Positions 1 to 9,522 of a stretch of DNA of 64,000 nucleotides are shown piece after piece. Made by a program: the position numbers and the translations under genes. Where the stretch lies: contig URIZ01000009.1 of NCBI GenBank assembly GCA_900548005.1, positions 2,130-66,129 of the forward strand, in the 5' to 3' direction. Numbering within the stretch: position 1 is the stretch's first letter; every line of letters begins with the position of its first letter. A model generated the notes under the pieces. It saw only the letters and a program-made list of their open reading frames with translations. It did no database searches and was not told the origin of the DNA. This stretch comes from an uncultured Eubacteriales bacterium (GTDB lineage Bacteria; Bacillota; Clostridia; Christensenellales; CAG-917).

Positions 1-59
1 TATTTTGGCAATTTTGCTCAATCGGTTGCAATGGCAAAAAGCCGTGTTATAATAAAGAC

Positions 60-662
60 ATGAAAGTTGCAATCATTCTCAACTGCGGTGAGCAGATCAA
101 ACGAAAAATCAATGCCGACAAAGTCATCGCGTGTGACGGCGGCTACAACGTATGCCCTATCGAGCCCGACGTCATTCTCGGCGATTTCGACTCTTTGCAA
201 AAGCCCGAAGGCGTGGACATCCCCATTGTCGAACACGATACGCACAAGAACGCAAGCGACGGAGAACTTGCCGTCTACTATGCAAAAGAGCAGTTTCAAG
301 CGGACGAAATCGTGCTGTTCGGCGTGACGGGCGGTCGCATAGACCACGTGCTTTGCAACCTTGCGATCATGCGCCTTGCAAACACTCTCGGCATGAAAGT
401 CAAAGCCGAAGAAGACGGACTTGACATCCACTACGTCGAAGGCGAATTTGACATGCCGACGCAAAAAGGCGAAACGATATCCATTCTCCCCTACGGCAGC
501 AGCGCAATAGTCACGGACTCGAAAAATCTCGAATATCCGCTTGACGAGCTTATGCTCAAATCCAAGGATTCGCGCGGACTTAGCAACGTGTCGCTTGGCG
601 GCAAAGTGCATATCAACGTCAAAGCGGGCGGTGTGTTTGTGTTCCGCTATATAAAACGCTGA
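60..662 (+). CDS. thiN: thiamine diphosphokinase (thiamine pyrophosphokinase)
   Basis: 200-aa ORF with GDFDS, K-x-x-SD-x-E and GGRIDH motifs of the TPK catalytic domain, followed by a beta-rich thiamine-binding domain. Confidence 0.85.
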   Translation: MKVAIILNCGEQIKRKINADKVIACDGGYNVCPIEPDVILGDFDSLQKPEGVDIPIVEHDTHKNASDGELAVYYAKEQFQADEIVLFGVTGGRIDHVLCNLAIMRLANTLGMKVKAEEDGLDIHYVEGEFDMPTQKGETISILPYGSSAIVTDSKNLEYPLDELMLKSKDSRGLSNVSLGGKVHINVKAGGVFVFRYIKR

Positions 663-920
663 CCAAACCTTTTTGCCCACACCCAATATGCAAGATTGCG
701 CCAAACAAGTTGATGCCAAGCATATTGTCATAATCACACTAATTGACCTAACGTAACAAATAGGCGCAATTTGCGTGCGACAAGCGTGTTTTTGGTTGAG
801 CGATGTGAAAAATCAAAATTTTTTGAGATTTTTTCAAAAACAGCCAATAAAACGGCTCGCACGATTGTATATAAGGTGTAAAACAATTCATCGTTTATAC
901 CTTTCAAAAACCTTTCAAGC

Positions 921-948
921 AAAAAAGCACGGCAAGCCGTGCTTTTCT
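921..948 (-). terminator. intrinsic terminator (bidirectional hairpin)
   Basis: AGCACGG-CAAG-CCGTGCT hairpin flanked by an A-run and a T-run, just downstream of the minus-strand HTH gene. Confidence 0.6.
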
Positions 949-973
949 ACTATCAAAATTTGTTTGTGACAAT

Positions 974-1180
974 TTACATCTCGCCGTTAAGCAAATCGTC
1001 GGCTGTGACGGCAAACACGTCGCACAACTCTCGCAAAGTCGAAATGCTCGGCTCCGTCCTGCCCTGCTCCCAATTTGCATAGCAACTTTCAACAACGCCG
1101 AGTCTTGCCGCCACTTGTTTTTGTGACAATCCGACTTGCTTTCTCGCGGCTTTCAAATTTTTGCAGAATTTCTTGTCCAT
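974..1180 (-). CDS. XRE/Cro-C1 family helix-turn-helix transcriptional regulator
   Basis: 68-aa ORF; LSQKQVAARLGV...YANWEQGRTEPS matches the HTH_3 pattern. Confidence 0.8.
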   Translation of the reverse strand: MDKKFCKNLKAARKQVGLSQKQVAARLGVVESCYANWEQGRTEPSISTLRELCDVFAVTADDLLNGEM

Positions 1181-1198
1181 AGCTTTTATTTGTGGTTT

Positions 1199-2323
1199 TT
1201 AGAAAATCTTTATCACGCCAGTGGTGTTGAGAATGAGCAAAACAACGTAGGTGATATAGCCTGCAATGAGAATAACGCCCTGCCAGCGTTTGAACTTGCC
1301 CATAACAAGAGCCGGGATCACCGCAAAGCCTGCCACCGCAAGACAGAACGGAAAGTCTATCGTGAGCGATTGTGCGTCCACGGGGAGAGATCCGCCGCCG
1401 TTGCCCATATTGATGAATGCGCAAAGCGGAAGGATGAGCGACAAGTCGATGATGTTTGCGCCTATGATGTTGCCCACCGACAAGTCCGCTTTCTTCTTGA
1501 CAATTGACGTGATTGCCGTGACAAGCTCGGGCAAAGACGTGCCGACTGCAAGGATTGTGACGCCGATGATGCCTTCGGGCACTTTCAACACGCGCGCAAG
1601 AGCCGCTCCGTTGTCGCTCATAAGTTGCGCGCCCACAAAGATTGCCGCCGCGCCGACAACAAACAACACGATGTTTTTGCCGATGTCCTTCTTTTCTATC
1701 ACCATGCCCGTCTTTTTGAGCGTGATCTTTCTGTCTTCTTGTTTTTGGAAATAATAGCGCAGTATGCCGTTGCCGTGCTCGACGGGCTGCTGCGGTTGAG
1801 CATTAGCGTTTTCAAGAGCAATCGCATTTGCGTGTTTCTTTGCGCTGATGATGTTTTCAACAAGGAACGCCACAAAGAACATAAGCACTATCACCGCATT
1901 CCACCACGTAAACTCTCCGCCCATTGCGCTCAAGCCCCAAAGCACCGATATTGTGGCAAGCAAGATGATTGCCTTTGCCATGAAGTCTTTGCGGTTGAAC
2001 GTCGGCGCGATAAACACGAGCGAAAACGCCATGATAAGCGCGATGTTGCAGTTGACAGATCCGACAGCGTTGCCGATTGCCATAGCCGCCTGCCCTTCCG
2101 CCGCAGATATGCTTGACACAAGGATTTCGGGCAAAGTGGTTGCCACGCTCACAATGGTTGCGCCGATGATGAAAGTGGGTATGCCCGACACTTCCGCAAT
2201 CCAACTTGCCGCATCAACAAACCAGTCGCCGCCTTTTACGACGAGAAGAATTCCGAGTGCGAGAAGCAGGATATATCCTGCCATGCCGCTGCCTTCCATC
2301 ATGCCCAAAACAGATTGAACCAT
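1199..2323 (-). CDS. CaCA-family sodium/calcium exchanger membrane protein (YrbG-like)
   Basis: Multi-TM ORF with two alpha-repeats (GATIVSVATTLPE; GVTILAVGTSLPELV ... GNIIGANI). Start set at ATG 2323, which is preceded by GGGAG. Confidence 0.8.
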   Translation of the reverse strand: MVQSVLGMMEGSGMAGYILLLALGILLVVKGGDWFVDAASWIAEVSGIPTFIIGATIVSVATTLPEILVSSISAAEGQAAMAIGNAVGSVNCNIALIMAFSLVFIAPTFNRKDFMAKAIILLATISVLWGLSAMGGEFTWWNAVIVLMFFVAFLVENIISAKKHANAIALENANAQPQQPVEHGNGILRYYFQKQEDRKITLKKTGMVIEKKDIGKNIVLFVVGAAAIFVGAQLMSDNGAALARVLKVPEGIIGVTILAVGTSLPELVTAITSIVKKKADLSVGNIIGANIIDLSLILPLCAFINMGNGGGSLPVDAQSLTIDFPFCLAVAGFAVIPALVMGKFKRWQGVILIAGYITYVVLLILNTTGVIKIF

Positions 2324-2430
2324 ATTCAGCTCCCAAACGTGCAAATGCGCACCGCTATAAAATAGCACTTTTTTCGTGCAAAGTCAATAGTCGCGCGCAT
2401 AACGCGTGTGCGCGTAACATTTTAGATATA

Positions 2431-2456
2431 AAAAACCGCCCTTTTGAGCGGTTTTT
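2431..2456 (-). terminator. intrinsic terminator (bidirectional)
   Basis: AAAAACCGC-loop-GCGGTTTTT hairpin downstream of mscL. Confidence 0.65.
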
Positions 2457-2545
2457 CGATTTGTAATCGTTTTATTCGCTGTCCGAAACAAATTCGATTT
2501 TGAAATGAAAGGTATCGAAATCGGACGCGCGCAACAAAGTACGCT

Positions 2546-3232
2546 TTATTCTTTGTCCGCCGCAGCAACGTCAACGCCTGCGTCTTCAATAAGTTTTTGC
2601 GCGCCTTGAAGTTGTTGCGCTTTGAGAAGGTCGCGAATTTCACGGAGAAGATCGTCGGTGGTTTCAGGCTTTTCCGCTTCTGCTTTTGCAGCCGCTTCTG
2701 CCGCCGCCTGTTCTGCCGCTGCGTCACGAGCCGCCTTGATTGCGCGAAGTTCTTTCTTGGTTGCGATTTTGCCTTTGATTGTGGCTTTTTCTTCGGGAGT
2801 GAGCGATTCAAGGAATTTTGTGTCACGTCTAAGTCCCGTAAATCCGCCGCGCACCATATTGATGAGCTTGACCATTGCAAACAGCACAAGCGCGGTGATA
2901 AGGAAATTGATTATCGCCATTATGAACGCGCCCCAGTCGATATACACGGATTTTGTCATATCCACGACAAATTCCACACCTTTTTTTGCACATTCCGCCG
3001 CGGTGAGCCCTTCTGCGTTCTTTGCAACGAGCATGGTGATAAGACCTTGCAAGTCGCCCATAGGAATTGCGTTGATGAGCGGTTTGAATATGTTGTTGAC
3101 AAGCGCGGTTACGATTGCGGTGAACGCTGCACCTATAATCATACCAACGGCAAGATCGACAACGTTGCCCTTTGTGATGAATGCCTTGAACTCTTTCAAT
3201 AGTTTAAGTTCGGGCTTTTTGAATTTTTTCAT
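2546..3232 (-). CDS. mscL: large-conductance mechanosensitive channel MscL with a long C-terminal extension
   Basis: N-terminal FKAFITKGNVVDLAVGMIIGAAF signature and two TMs. It is 228 aa, with an extra Ala/Glu/Lys-rich helical tail. Confidence 0.85.
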   Translation of the reverse strand: MKKFKKPELKLLKEFKAFITKGNVVDLAVGMIIGAAFTAIVTALVNNIFKPLINAIPMGDLQGLITMLVAKNAEGLTAAECAKKGVEFVVDMTKSVYIDWGAFIMAIINFLITALVLFAMVKLINMVRGGFTGLRRDTKFLESLTPEEKATIKGKIATKKELRAIKAARDAAAEQAAAEAAAKAEAEKPETTDDLLREIRDLLKAQQLQGAQKLIEDAGVDVAAADKE

Positions 3233-3368
3233 AAGTCATCTCTCCTTTGTTGATAGCAAAATAATAAACCATTTTGGAAGCCATAGTCAACAAATTTGCA
3301 AAATTGCGATACCTTCCATGCGATATTCCCGTTATTTTTGAGATATTTGCAAAATTTTGCGTCTACAA

Positions 3369-3397
3369 TTGACATCTTTCGCGCAAAAGTTTACAAT
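3369..3397 (+). promoter_or_regulatory. sigma-A type promoter
   Basis: TTGACA (3369-3374), 17-nt spacer, TACAAT (3392-3397), directly upstream of the THI-box. Confidence 0.55.
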
Positions 3398-3399
3398 GA

Positions 3400-3475
3400 C
3401 GTCGCTAGGGGTGCTGAAAGGCTGAGATGATACCCTCAAACTTGTGAGTTAATGCTCGCGTAAGGAAGCAACAAC
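3400..3475 (+). promoter_or_regulatory. TPP (THI-box) riboswitch aptamer
   Basis: TAGGGGTGC...GGCTGAGA...ACCC...AACTTG..GTTAATGC..GCGTAAGGAA matches the conserved THI-box core. It lies upstream of a ThiT-type gene. Confidence 0.85.
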
Positions 3476-3514
3476 GAAAACGACGCTGGTCGTATCATAT
3501 TTGCACCGACAAGT

Positions 3515-3544
3515 TCTCCTAAGCACAAGTTAGGAGATTTTTTT
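3515..3544 (+). terminator. riboswitch expression platform: terminator hairpin that also sequesters the RBS
   Basis: TCTCCTAA-GCACAAG-TTAGGAGA followed by seven T. The 3' arm contains AGGAG, 8 nt before ATG 3545. Confidence 0.75.
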
Positions 3545-4768
3545 ATGGACATCAAAACTCTTGCGGAAAAGTTGCAGTACGTTGCGCTTTACACGGCGAT
3601 TGCAATCATTGCAAGCTGCATTGTGGTCGGTTTGCTCGTGTGGTTTTTCAAGCGTGAAAAATTCAACGATTTCAAAAAGTATGCAATCGGCATCGTCACG
3701 GGATTTGCCGCGACAATGCTTGTGGTATTCTCATACGTTATGTTCCAACGCAACATAAACAAAATGCAAGCAATGCTTTTCTATCCCATTCTTGCAATGC
3801 TCATCGTGGTGGTTGCAGGCGGCATAGCAGTGCTTATCAGCTCGCTTTTCAGCAATAAAGCCGCAAAAATCAGCTTGATAGTCACAAGCGTATTGTTCTT
3901 GGCAAGTTTTATCGCGCTCGTCGTGGTTGTATGGAAATACTACAACGCCCACTTTGACGAATTCAAAAAAGATTATCCCGGTATGAGCCTTGTCGGTATG
4001 GTTGTGTCGGCGGTCGTGATTTTGGCGGTGATGGTCGTTTTGTGGTTTGTCGGCGACAAGCGCAAGTTGAACGACACTCGCTCGATTGTTTACGGCGCAG
4101 TTGCAATGGCTCTGGCATTCGTGCTTTCGTATGCAAGACTTTTCAAGCTCCCCAACGGCGGTTCAATCACCTTTGCAAGCCTTTTGCCGCTTATGATTTA
4201 TTGCTGTATGTTCGGCACAAGAAGAGGTCTTATCGTTTGCAGTTTTTACGGCGTGTTGCAAGCACTTCAAGACCCCTATATCATTCACCCCATGCAATTC
4301 TTGCTCGACTATCCTCTCGCATTCGGACTTGTCGGCGTGAGCGGTATCTTTATGGAAAAGGGCGTTTTCAAAGAGAAAAAAATCTTGGCATTCTTGCTCG
4401 GTGGCGTGGTTGCCGTGTTGTTTAGATACATTTGCCACGTTTGCTCGGGTACGTTTGCGTTTGCAACTTACACCGATTTCAAAGCCGCGCTTGCATACAG
4501 TTTGGGCTACAACGCTACGTACGTGTTTGCCGATATGGCAATATCCCTCGTTGCGGGCAGTTTCTTGTTTGCGTCCAAGTCCTTCACGGCAACCATGGTT
4601 GCGTCCGGTGACTTGAACAAGCCCGTTCAACAAGAAGAACAACTTGTCGAAGAAGACCTTGACGACGTTGACCGCCAAATCATCGCAAATCAAGAAAGTC
4701 AAGCCCAAACGAAAGCAAGCGACAACGACGCTCAAGACAAATCGACAGACGAACAAAACAAACAATAA
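3545..4768 (+). CDS. thiT: ECF-type thiamine transporter S-component (ThiT-like) fused to an extra N-terminal multi-TM region and an acidic tail
   Basis: The C-terminal half (GGSITFASLLPLM...HPMQFLLDYPLAFG) resembles ThiT, and a TPP riboswitch lies upstream. The N-terminal ~180 aa are additional TM helices. Confidence 0.7.
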   Translation: MDIKTLAEKLQYVALYTAIAIIASCIVVGLLVWFFKREKFNDFKKYAIGIVTGFAATMLVVFSYVMFQRNINKMQAMLFYPILAMLIVVVAGGIAVLISSLFSNKAAKISLIVTSVLFLASFIALVVVVWKYYNAHFDEFKKDYPGMSLVGMVVSAVVILAVMVVLWFVGDKRKLNDTRSIVYGAVAMALAFVLSYARLFKLPNGGSITFASLLPLMIYCCMFGTRRGLIVCSFYGVLQALQDPYIIHPMQFLLDYPLAFGLVGVSGIFMEKGVFKEKKILAFLLGGVVAVLFRYICHVCSGTFAFATYTDFKAALAYSLGYNATYVFADMAISLVAGSFLFASKSFTATMVASGDLNKPVQQEEQLVEEDLDDVDRQIIANQESQAQTKASDNDAQDKSTDEQNKQ

Positions 4769-4794
4769 TTGCAGATAGATTTGTTAATCAAACA

Positions 4795-4823
4795 AAAAGA
4801 CACGCGGTTGCGTGTCTTTTTGT
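4795..4823. terminator. bidirectional intrinsic terminator
   Basis: AGACACGC-GGTT-GCGTGTCT hairpin flanked by A- and T-runs, between convergent genes. Confidence 0.75.
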
Positions 4824-4889
4824 TTGTGTGTGTTTTCTTTCAAGTGCAAAATCGGCATCGAGCAACCTGCGTGCTCGTCTTTTGCCGAT

Positions 4890-5393
4890 TCAGTGTCCGC
4901 GGTGGTTCATCATGTCATACCAGATGCCCAAGAATGCGCCGTAGGACGGGAAGATCCTTGTGTCGTCAATGTCGATGATGTAGGTGTCTGTTAGGCTGAA
5001 AATCTTTTTGCGAGCTTTCACCACGGGTGTTTTGTCATAGCCGCCCTGTCCGTCGGATATGAACGCTTTCATGTGGATGGGTCCGCACTTGATCTTGCAA
5101 TCGAGATTGCCGTTGACCGTCTTTGCTTTCCTGAACGAGAAAAACGGAATCTTTTCACTGATTGAAAATGCCTTTCTGCCGCTTGCGTCCGTGACGTCAA
5201 ACCAGCTTGTGAACACTCTCTTCAATTCCGCTTGCATACGTCCAAGCGGCGCGCCGCTTGCGTCAAACAACACGACGTTGTTCATAAAGCGGTCAAACTG
5301 TCTTTCCGCAAAGAAAACGATGTTGCCTTTCTCGTCGGTGATCTTAAATTTGTCGCCGATAGTCCAATACTTTTGTTTGATGATTATTTGCAT
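4890..5393 (-). CDS. LURP-one-related / tubby C-terminal-like (YxjI-like) protein
   Basis: 167-aa ORF with the repetitive beta-strand pattern (KYWTIGDKFKITDEKGN...FDASGAPLG) recalled for the LOR/DUF567 family. Confidence 0.55.
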   Translation of the reverse strand: MQIIIKQKYWTIGDKFKITDEKGNIVFFAERQFDRFMNNVVLFDASGAPLGRMQAELKRVFTSWFDVTDASGRKAFSISEKIPFFSFRKAKTVNGNLDCKIKCGPIHMKAFISDGQGGYDKTPVVKARKKIFSLTDTYIIDIDDTRIFPSYGAFLGIWYDMMNHRGH

Positions 5394-5560
5394 ATATATC
5401 CCCTATTGTGAGCTTTGTATAGTGTCTGTTAACCTTCAATATATCATATTTTCATCGATTTGACAATATCGGCTTTTTTTCAGGCAATGCGCATACGCAC
5501 GTGCGCTATGAATTTATTTGATTATTTTGGCAACTTTTACGCCGTTTTCAGTTTGTTTTG

Positions 5561-6379
5561 TCACTGCTCCGTCAGCTCGGCATAGAGTTGTTTCACACGC
5601 TTTTTCAAGACGGGATGCAATTTGTTCGGGCAAAGCTCCACAAGCGGCGCAAGCACGAAATCTCTGTTTTGTATATCGATATGCGGCACGCAAAGATCGT
5701 CATCTTCTATGATCTCGTCACCGTAAAAAACGATGTCTATATCAAGCGTTCTGTCCCCCCACCTTTCAAGGCGCACCCTGTCGCCGTCTTTTTCGATTGC
5801 GTTGATTGTCGCAAGCAACTTCTTTGGCGAGTAGAGTGTTTCCGCCTTCACCGCGCTGTTGACAAAATCGTTTTTTGCCACTCCTCCGTACGGCTTGGTG
5901 ACGATACGCGCGCTCTCTTTGACGTTTCTGAAATTGTCGTCCGCAAGCAGTCTTTCCATTGCAAAATCAAGGTATCCGCCCTTGTCGCCCATGCTTGAGC
6001 CAAGCGCGAGATACACCGTTTTCCACTTTCTTTCAACTCGCACGCCGGCATACTCGAAAACGCCGCTCATAGGTGCGTCAGGCTTTTTGACGGTGAGTTT
6101 CACCTTGCTTGCCAATGGGTATTTTTTGAGCAAAAGTTCTGTCGATTTTACGGCAAGAGTTTCGATGAGATCGAAGCAGTTGTTTTCACAAAACGACTTT
6201 AATGTCTTCTTTACGTCGCTATAACTTATGGTTTTTGTCAAATCGTCGCTTTCGGCGCATTGCGAAAAGTCCGTGAAAATCTCAGCCGTAAACACAAATC
6301 TTTGCGGATTGACCTTCTCCTCTGGGTTTACGCCGTGGCAAGCCGTCACTTCAAAATCTTTGAGAATCACAACGTCCAT
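5561..6379 (-). CDS. folBK: bifunctional dihydroneopterin aldolase / 2-amino-4-hydroxy-6-hydroxymethyldihydropteridine diphosphokinase
   Basis: N-terminal FolB-like segment (MDVVILKDFEVTACHGVNPEEK) and C-terminal HPPK segment (YLALGSSMGD...RWGDRTLDIDIV). Start taken at ATG 6379, adjacent to the folP stop. Confidence 0.85.
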   Translation of the reverse strand: MDVVILKDFEVTACHGVNPEEKVNPQRFVFTAEIFTDFSQCAESDDLTKTISYSDVKKTLKSFCENNCFDLIETLAVKSTELLLKKYPLASKVKLTVKKPDAPMSGVFEYAGVRVERKWKTVYLALGSSMGDKGGYLDFAMERLLADDNFRNVKESARIVTKPYGGVAKNDFVNSAVKAETLYSPKKLLATINAIEKDGDRVRLERWGDRTLDIDIVFYGDEIIEDDDLCVPHIDIQNRDFVLAPLVELCPNKLHPVLKKRVKQLYAELTEQ

Positions 6380-6381
6380 AC

Positions 6382-7200
6382 TCACACCCTTTTCGTGCAA
6401 TCGATGATTGCAACGTTCTCCTTTACGTCATGCACTCTGACAAACAACACGCCCTGTTTGACCGCAAGCGCGGTGGAATCCAAAGTGGCGGACAAGCGAG
6501 AGTCTACATCACCGCCGAACATGGATTTTCTTGACGTTCCGAGCAAGAACGGATACTCGTCAAAATCGTCCAACAACTTGTCGTAGCCATTCAACAGTTG
6601 CCAATCTTCATCGTTGTTTTTGTTGAAACCTATGCCGCCGTCAAGCAAGATTTTGTCCTTGTCAACGCCTTGGCATATCAATTTGTCAATCGCGTTTTGC
6701 AGCCCGATTTGCTTGTCGAGAAAAAGGTCTTTGATTTTGGTGTTTCGTCTGTTGTGCATAACGCACACGCTTGCGCCCGTGTCGGCAAGAACGTTGATCA
6801 TGCCGTCATATTGCAAGCAACTCACGTCGTTGATCATGTCCGCGCCCGCGTCGATTGCCGCCTGCGCAACGTCGGGATAGAACGTGTCCACGCTTATGGG
6901 GATGTCGGCGAAAACTTCCCTTATTCCTTCAACGGCAGGCAAAACTCTTGCCATCTCTTCTATCGCGCTCACTTGCACGTTGCCGGGTCTTGTTGACTGT
7001 CCGCCGATGTCTATTATCTCTGCGCCTTGCTCGATAAACTTGCGCGCGGCTTCAACCGCATCATGCGCGTGACGGCTGCCCGACCAAAAGCTGTCCGGCG
7101 TGACATTGAGTATCGCCATAACGTGCGTACCCGTTGTGAAAACGCTGTCTTTAACCTTGAAATTGTATTGTCTTTGATATCTCATATTCGCTATTCTCAC
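6382..7200 (-). CDS. folP: dihydropteroate synthase
   Basis: ILNVTPDSFWSGS, IIDIGGQSTRPG and later pterin-binding motifs. Confidence 0.9.
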   Translation of the reverse strand: MRIANMRYQRQYNFKVKDSVFTTGTHVMAILNVTPDSFWSGSRHAHDAVEAARKFIEQGAEIIDIGGQSTRPGNVQVSAIEEMARVLPAVEGIREVFADIPISVDTFYPDVAQAAIDAGADMINDVSCLQYDGMINVLADTGASVCVMHNRRNTKIKDLFLDKQIGLQNAIDKLICQGVDKDKILLDGGIGFNKNNDEDWQLLNGYDKLLDDFDEYPFLLGTSRKSMFGGDVDSRLSATLDSTALAVKQGVLFVRVHDVKENVAIIDCTKRV

Positions 7201-7330
7201 TTATATTTTTTGTCCGTTTTGCGCCCGTTTCGATAGGTGTTGCCCGGCGAACGCAATGTTTTTGCGGTATAATTATGCAATCTTGCGAATCTCGCCCGAA
7301 GCTATGCTCAAAAAGTTTGTTGCGTTCCCC

Positions 7331-7894
7331 TCAGTCTTTCATTCCGATCTGAGAAAACAACATGGCTTTGACGCTGTCGGGCATCTCTCCGCGCGTTGCG
7401 CTAGTGACCGTCTTCGAGCCGAACTTTTTCACTCCGCGCGCCGTCATGCAGGTATGCTCTCCTTCAACCACGACAAACACGCCCTTTGGCGAAAGCACGT
7501 CGAATATCGCGTCCGCAATCTCGGCGTTCATGCGCTCTTGCAGTTGCAATCGCCTTGCGTACACGTCCACAACTCTTGCGAGTTTTGAAAGTCCCACAAC
7601 CTTGCCGTCGGGGATATATGCGATATGCACTTTGCCGAAAAACGGCATAAGATGATGCTCGCAAGTGGAAGAAAAATGTATGTCCTTTTCAATCACGACG
7701 TCGCTTCCGCTCTCAACGAAAGTCTTTGACAAATGCGCCTTTGCATTGTCGTGATAACCGCTCGTCAATTCTTCGAGCATTCTCGCCACTCTGTCGGGAG
7801 TTTCTTTGAGTCCGTCACGCTCGGGATTTTCGCCTATCGCTTGCAATATGTCACGCACTGCGTTTTCGATTTTCAATTTATCGTCTTGCGTCAT
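7331..7894 (-). CDS. folE: GTP cyclohydrolase I
   Basis: 187 aa; [18 protein letters not shown] and QERMN motifs. Confidence 0.95.
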   Translation of the reverse strand: MTQDDKLKIENAVRDILQAIGENPERDGLKETPDRVARMLEELTSGYHDNAKAHLSKTFVESGSDVVIEKDIHFSSTCEHHLMPFFGKVHIAYIPDGKVVGLSKLARVVDVYARRLQLQERMNAEIADAIFDVLSPKGVFVVVEGEHTCMTARGVKKFGSKTVTSATRGEMPDSVKAMLFSQIGMKD

Positions 7895-8035
7895 AGTCGT
7901 ATCTCTTTTTGTTTTTCAATCTTGATTTATCTTGTCTTTTCTTGTTTGATTTGTCTTTTTTAGCCTGTTTTGTCCGTCTTGCCTTTCAACTCTTCTTATC
8001 CGTCTTGCGCTTTCGGCTCGTTTTGCATGTCTTGT

Positions 8036-9358
8036 CTATTTGTTTGTCAAGGCGCAAAACAAAGTCAGCGAGCCGCACAAAATCACCACGTCGCTGTCCT
8101 TGTCGTCAAGCGCCGATTGCACTGCAAGTTTTATGTCGTCGCACTCGTCCGTTTGGCAGGGATAGCAAGACACAATCTCTTTCAGCTCGTCTTTGTCCAT
8201 AGCTCTCGGGCTTGGCGGCGTGATGCACGTAATCTTGTGCGCAAGGGGCGCAAGGATTTTGCAAATGCCCTTCACGTCCTTGTCTTTTAGTATGCCCAGC
8301 ACAAGATGAATTCGCTTTCCGACGAAATAAGTTTCTATTGCGTCTTTGAGCGTCATTGCGCCTTGCGGATTGTGCGAACCGTCAAAAACAAGCACTTTAT
8401 CTTGCGGAACCGATATGTTAAACTTCTTTTTTGCGTTTTTGACAACTTCGAGGCGAGCATGCCACACGGCTTTTGCAAGCCCCTTTTCCACTGCAGATTG
8501 CGGTATGTCCCAATGCTTGCGCCTTAGCGCGTCAACGGCGCAAAGAACAATGGACGCGTTGACAAGCTGATGTTTGCCAAGCATGGATATAAAGTATTCT
8601 TTGCCGTCATAGACAAATTTTTGCCCCGACAAATCGCTTGAAACAAGCCTCGGCTCTTTTGCGATTTCCACAGTGGGCGTGACGTCTATACGCTTGCCGT
8701 CTTCCGTTCTGTACGGGTGCAAAATCTCTTGCATGATCTCGTCCGATTGCTTGCAAGTGACGGCAACGTCACGTATGATTGCCGCCTTCTCGCTTGCGAT
8801 TTGTCCGAGCGTATTGCCAAGAATTTGGCAATGATCAAGCCCTATGGGCGTGATGATTGCAAGCTCTTTTTTGCGTATTACGTTGGTTGCGTCCCACCGT
8901 CCGCCAAGCCCTGTTTCGAGCACGCAAACGTCACACTCTTTTTCATAAAACGCAAGGAACGCGACTGCGGTTTCTATCTCGAACGCGGTTGGCTGAAACT
9001 TGTCAAGACCAAAAGCCGCGCGGAGATTTTGCTCGTTTTCGATTGTTTCTCTGACAATCGTGAGATAGCGCGCAACGTCCTTGTCTTCAAGGGGTTTGCC
9101 GTCTATGAGCCACCTTTCGTTGTAACAAAAAACGGACGGCGAATTGTACGTGCCCACTTTGTAACCCGCTTCTTTCAAAACGGACGTGAGATATGCCGTC
9201 ACCGAGCCTTTGCCGTTTGTGCCGGCAACGTGTATGAATTTCAATTTGTCGTCGGGATCGGACAAAAGGGACAACAGCTCGCGCATACGCTCTATACCGT
9301 AGTCCGAGCCTGCTCTCTCGATATTTTTGATGTAATCGACAGCTTGTTTGTAGTTCAA
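8036..9358 (-). CDS. folC: bifunctional folylpolyglutamate synthase / dihydrofolate synthase
   Basis: HVAGTNGKGSV P-loop and Mur-ligase architecture. The tracked ORF runs upstream through the riboswitch, so the start is placed at in-frame TTG 9358, preceded by GAAGGGGG. Confidence 0.85.
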   Translation of the reverse strand: MNYKQAVDYIKNIERAGSDYGIERMRELLSLLSDPDDKLKFIHVAGTNGKGSVTAYLTSVLKEAGYKVGTYNSPSVFCYNERWLIDGKPLEDKDVARYLTIVRETIENEQNLRAAFGLDKFQPTAFEIETAVAFLAFYEKECDVCVLETGLGGRWDATNVIRKKELAIITPIGLDHCQILGNTLGQIASEKAAIIRDVAVTCKQSDEIMQEILHPYRTEDGKRIDVTPTVEIAKEPRLVSSDLSGQKFVYDGKEYFISMLGKHQLVNASIVLCAVDALRRKHWDIPQSAVEKGLAKAVWHARLEVVKNAKKKFNISVPQDKVLVFDGSHNPQGAMTLKDAIETYFVGKRIHLVLGILKDKDVKGICKILAPLAHKITCITPPSPRAMDKDELKEIVSCYPCQTDECDDIKLAVQSALDDKDSDVVILCGSLTLFCALTNK

Positions 9359-9420
9359 AAAAAAGCACCCCCTTCGGAAGCACTTTGCAAAAGCCGAAAC
9401 CACGGCTGATTGTGAAGTCT

Positions 9421-9508
9421 GGAGTGGATACCGCACCGCGAGTTTTCTCTTCGTCCGCTGACACCCCACGTTCATACGGCACTTAACGCGCAATATCCTA
9501 CTACTTCC
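9421..9508 (-). promoter_or_regulatory. THF (tetrahydrofolate) riboswitch aptamer
   Basis: Minus-strand GGAAGUAGUAGGAUAUUGCGCGUUAAGUG...GAACGUGGGGUGUC...GACGAAGAG..CGCGGUGCGGUAUCCACUCC tracks the crystallised THF-I aptamer sequence as I recall it (GGAGAGUAG..CGCGUUAAGUG..GAAUGGGAUGUC..ACGAAGCGAG..CGCGGUG..CAUCCGCUCC). Confidence 0.8.
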
Positions 9509-9522
9509 TGATTGGTATATTC

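Noticed and set aside
734-922. 62-aa ORF in the thiN/HTH intergenic region
   Set aside because: It has a TTG start located right after a terminator hairpin, no RBS and no recognisable features.
8036-9493. 485-aa version of folC starting at 9493
   Set aside because: The first ~45 codons translate the THF aptamer and its platform. The conserved FolC N-terminus begins at the TTG at 9358, which has an upstream purine-rich RBS.
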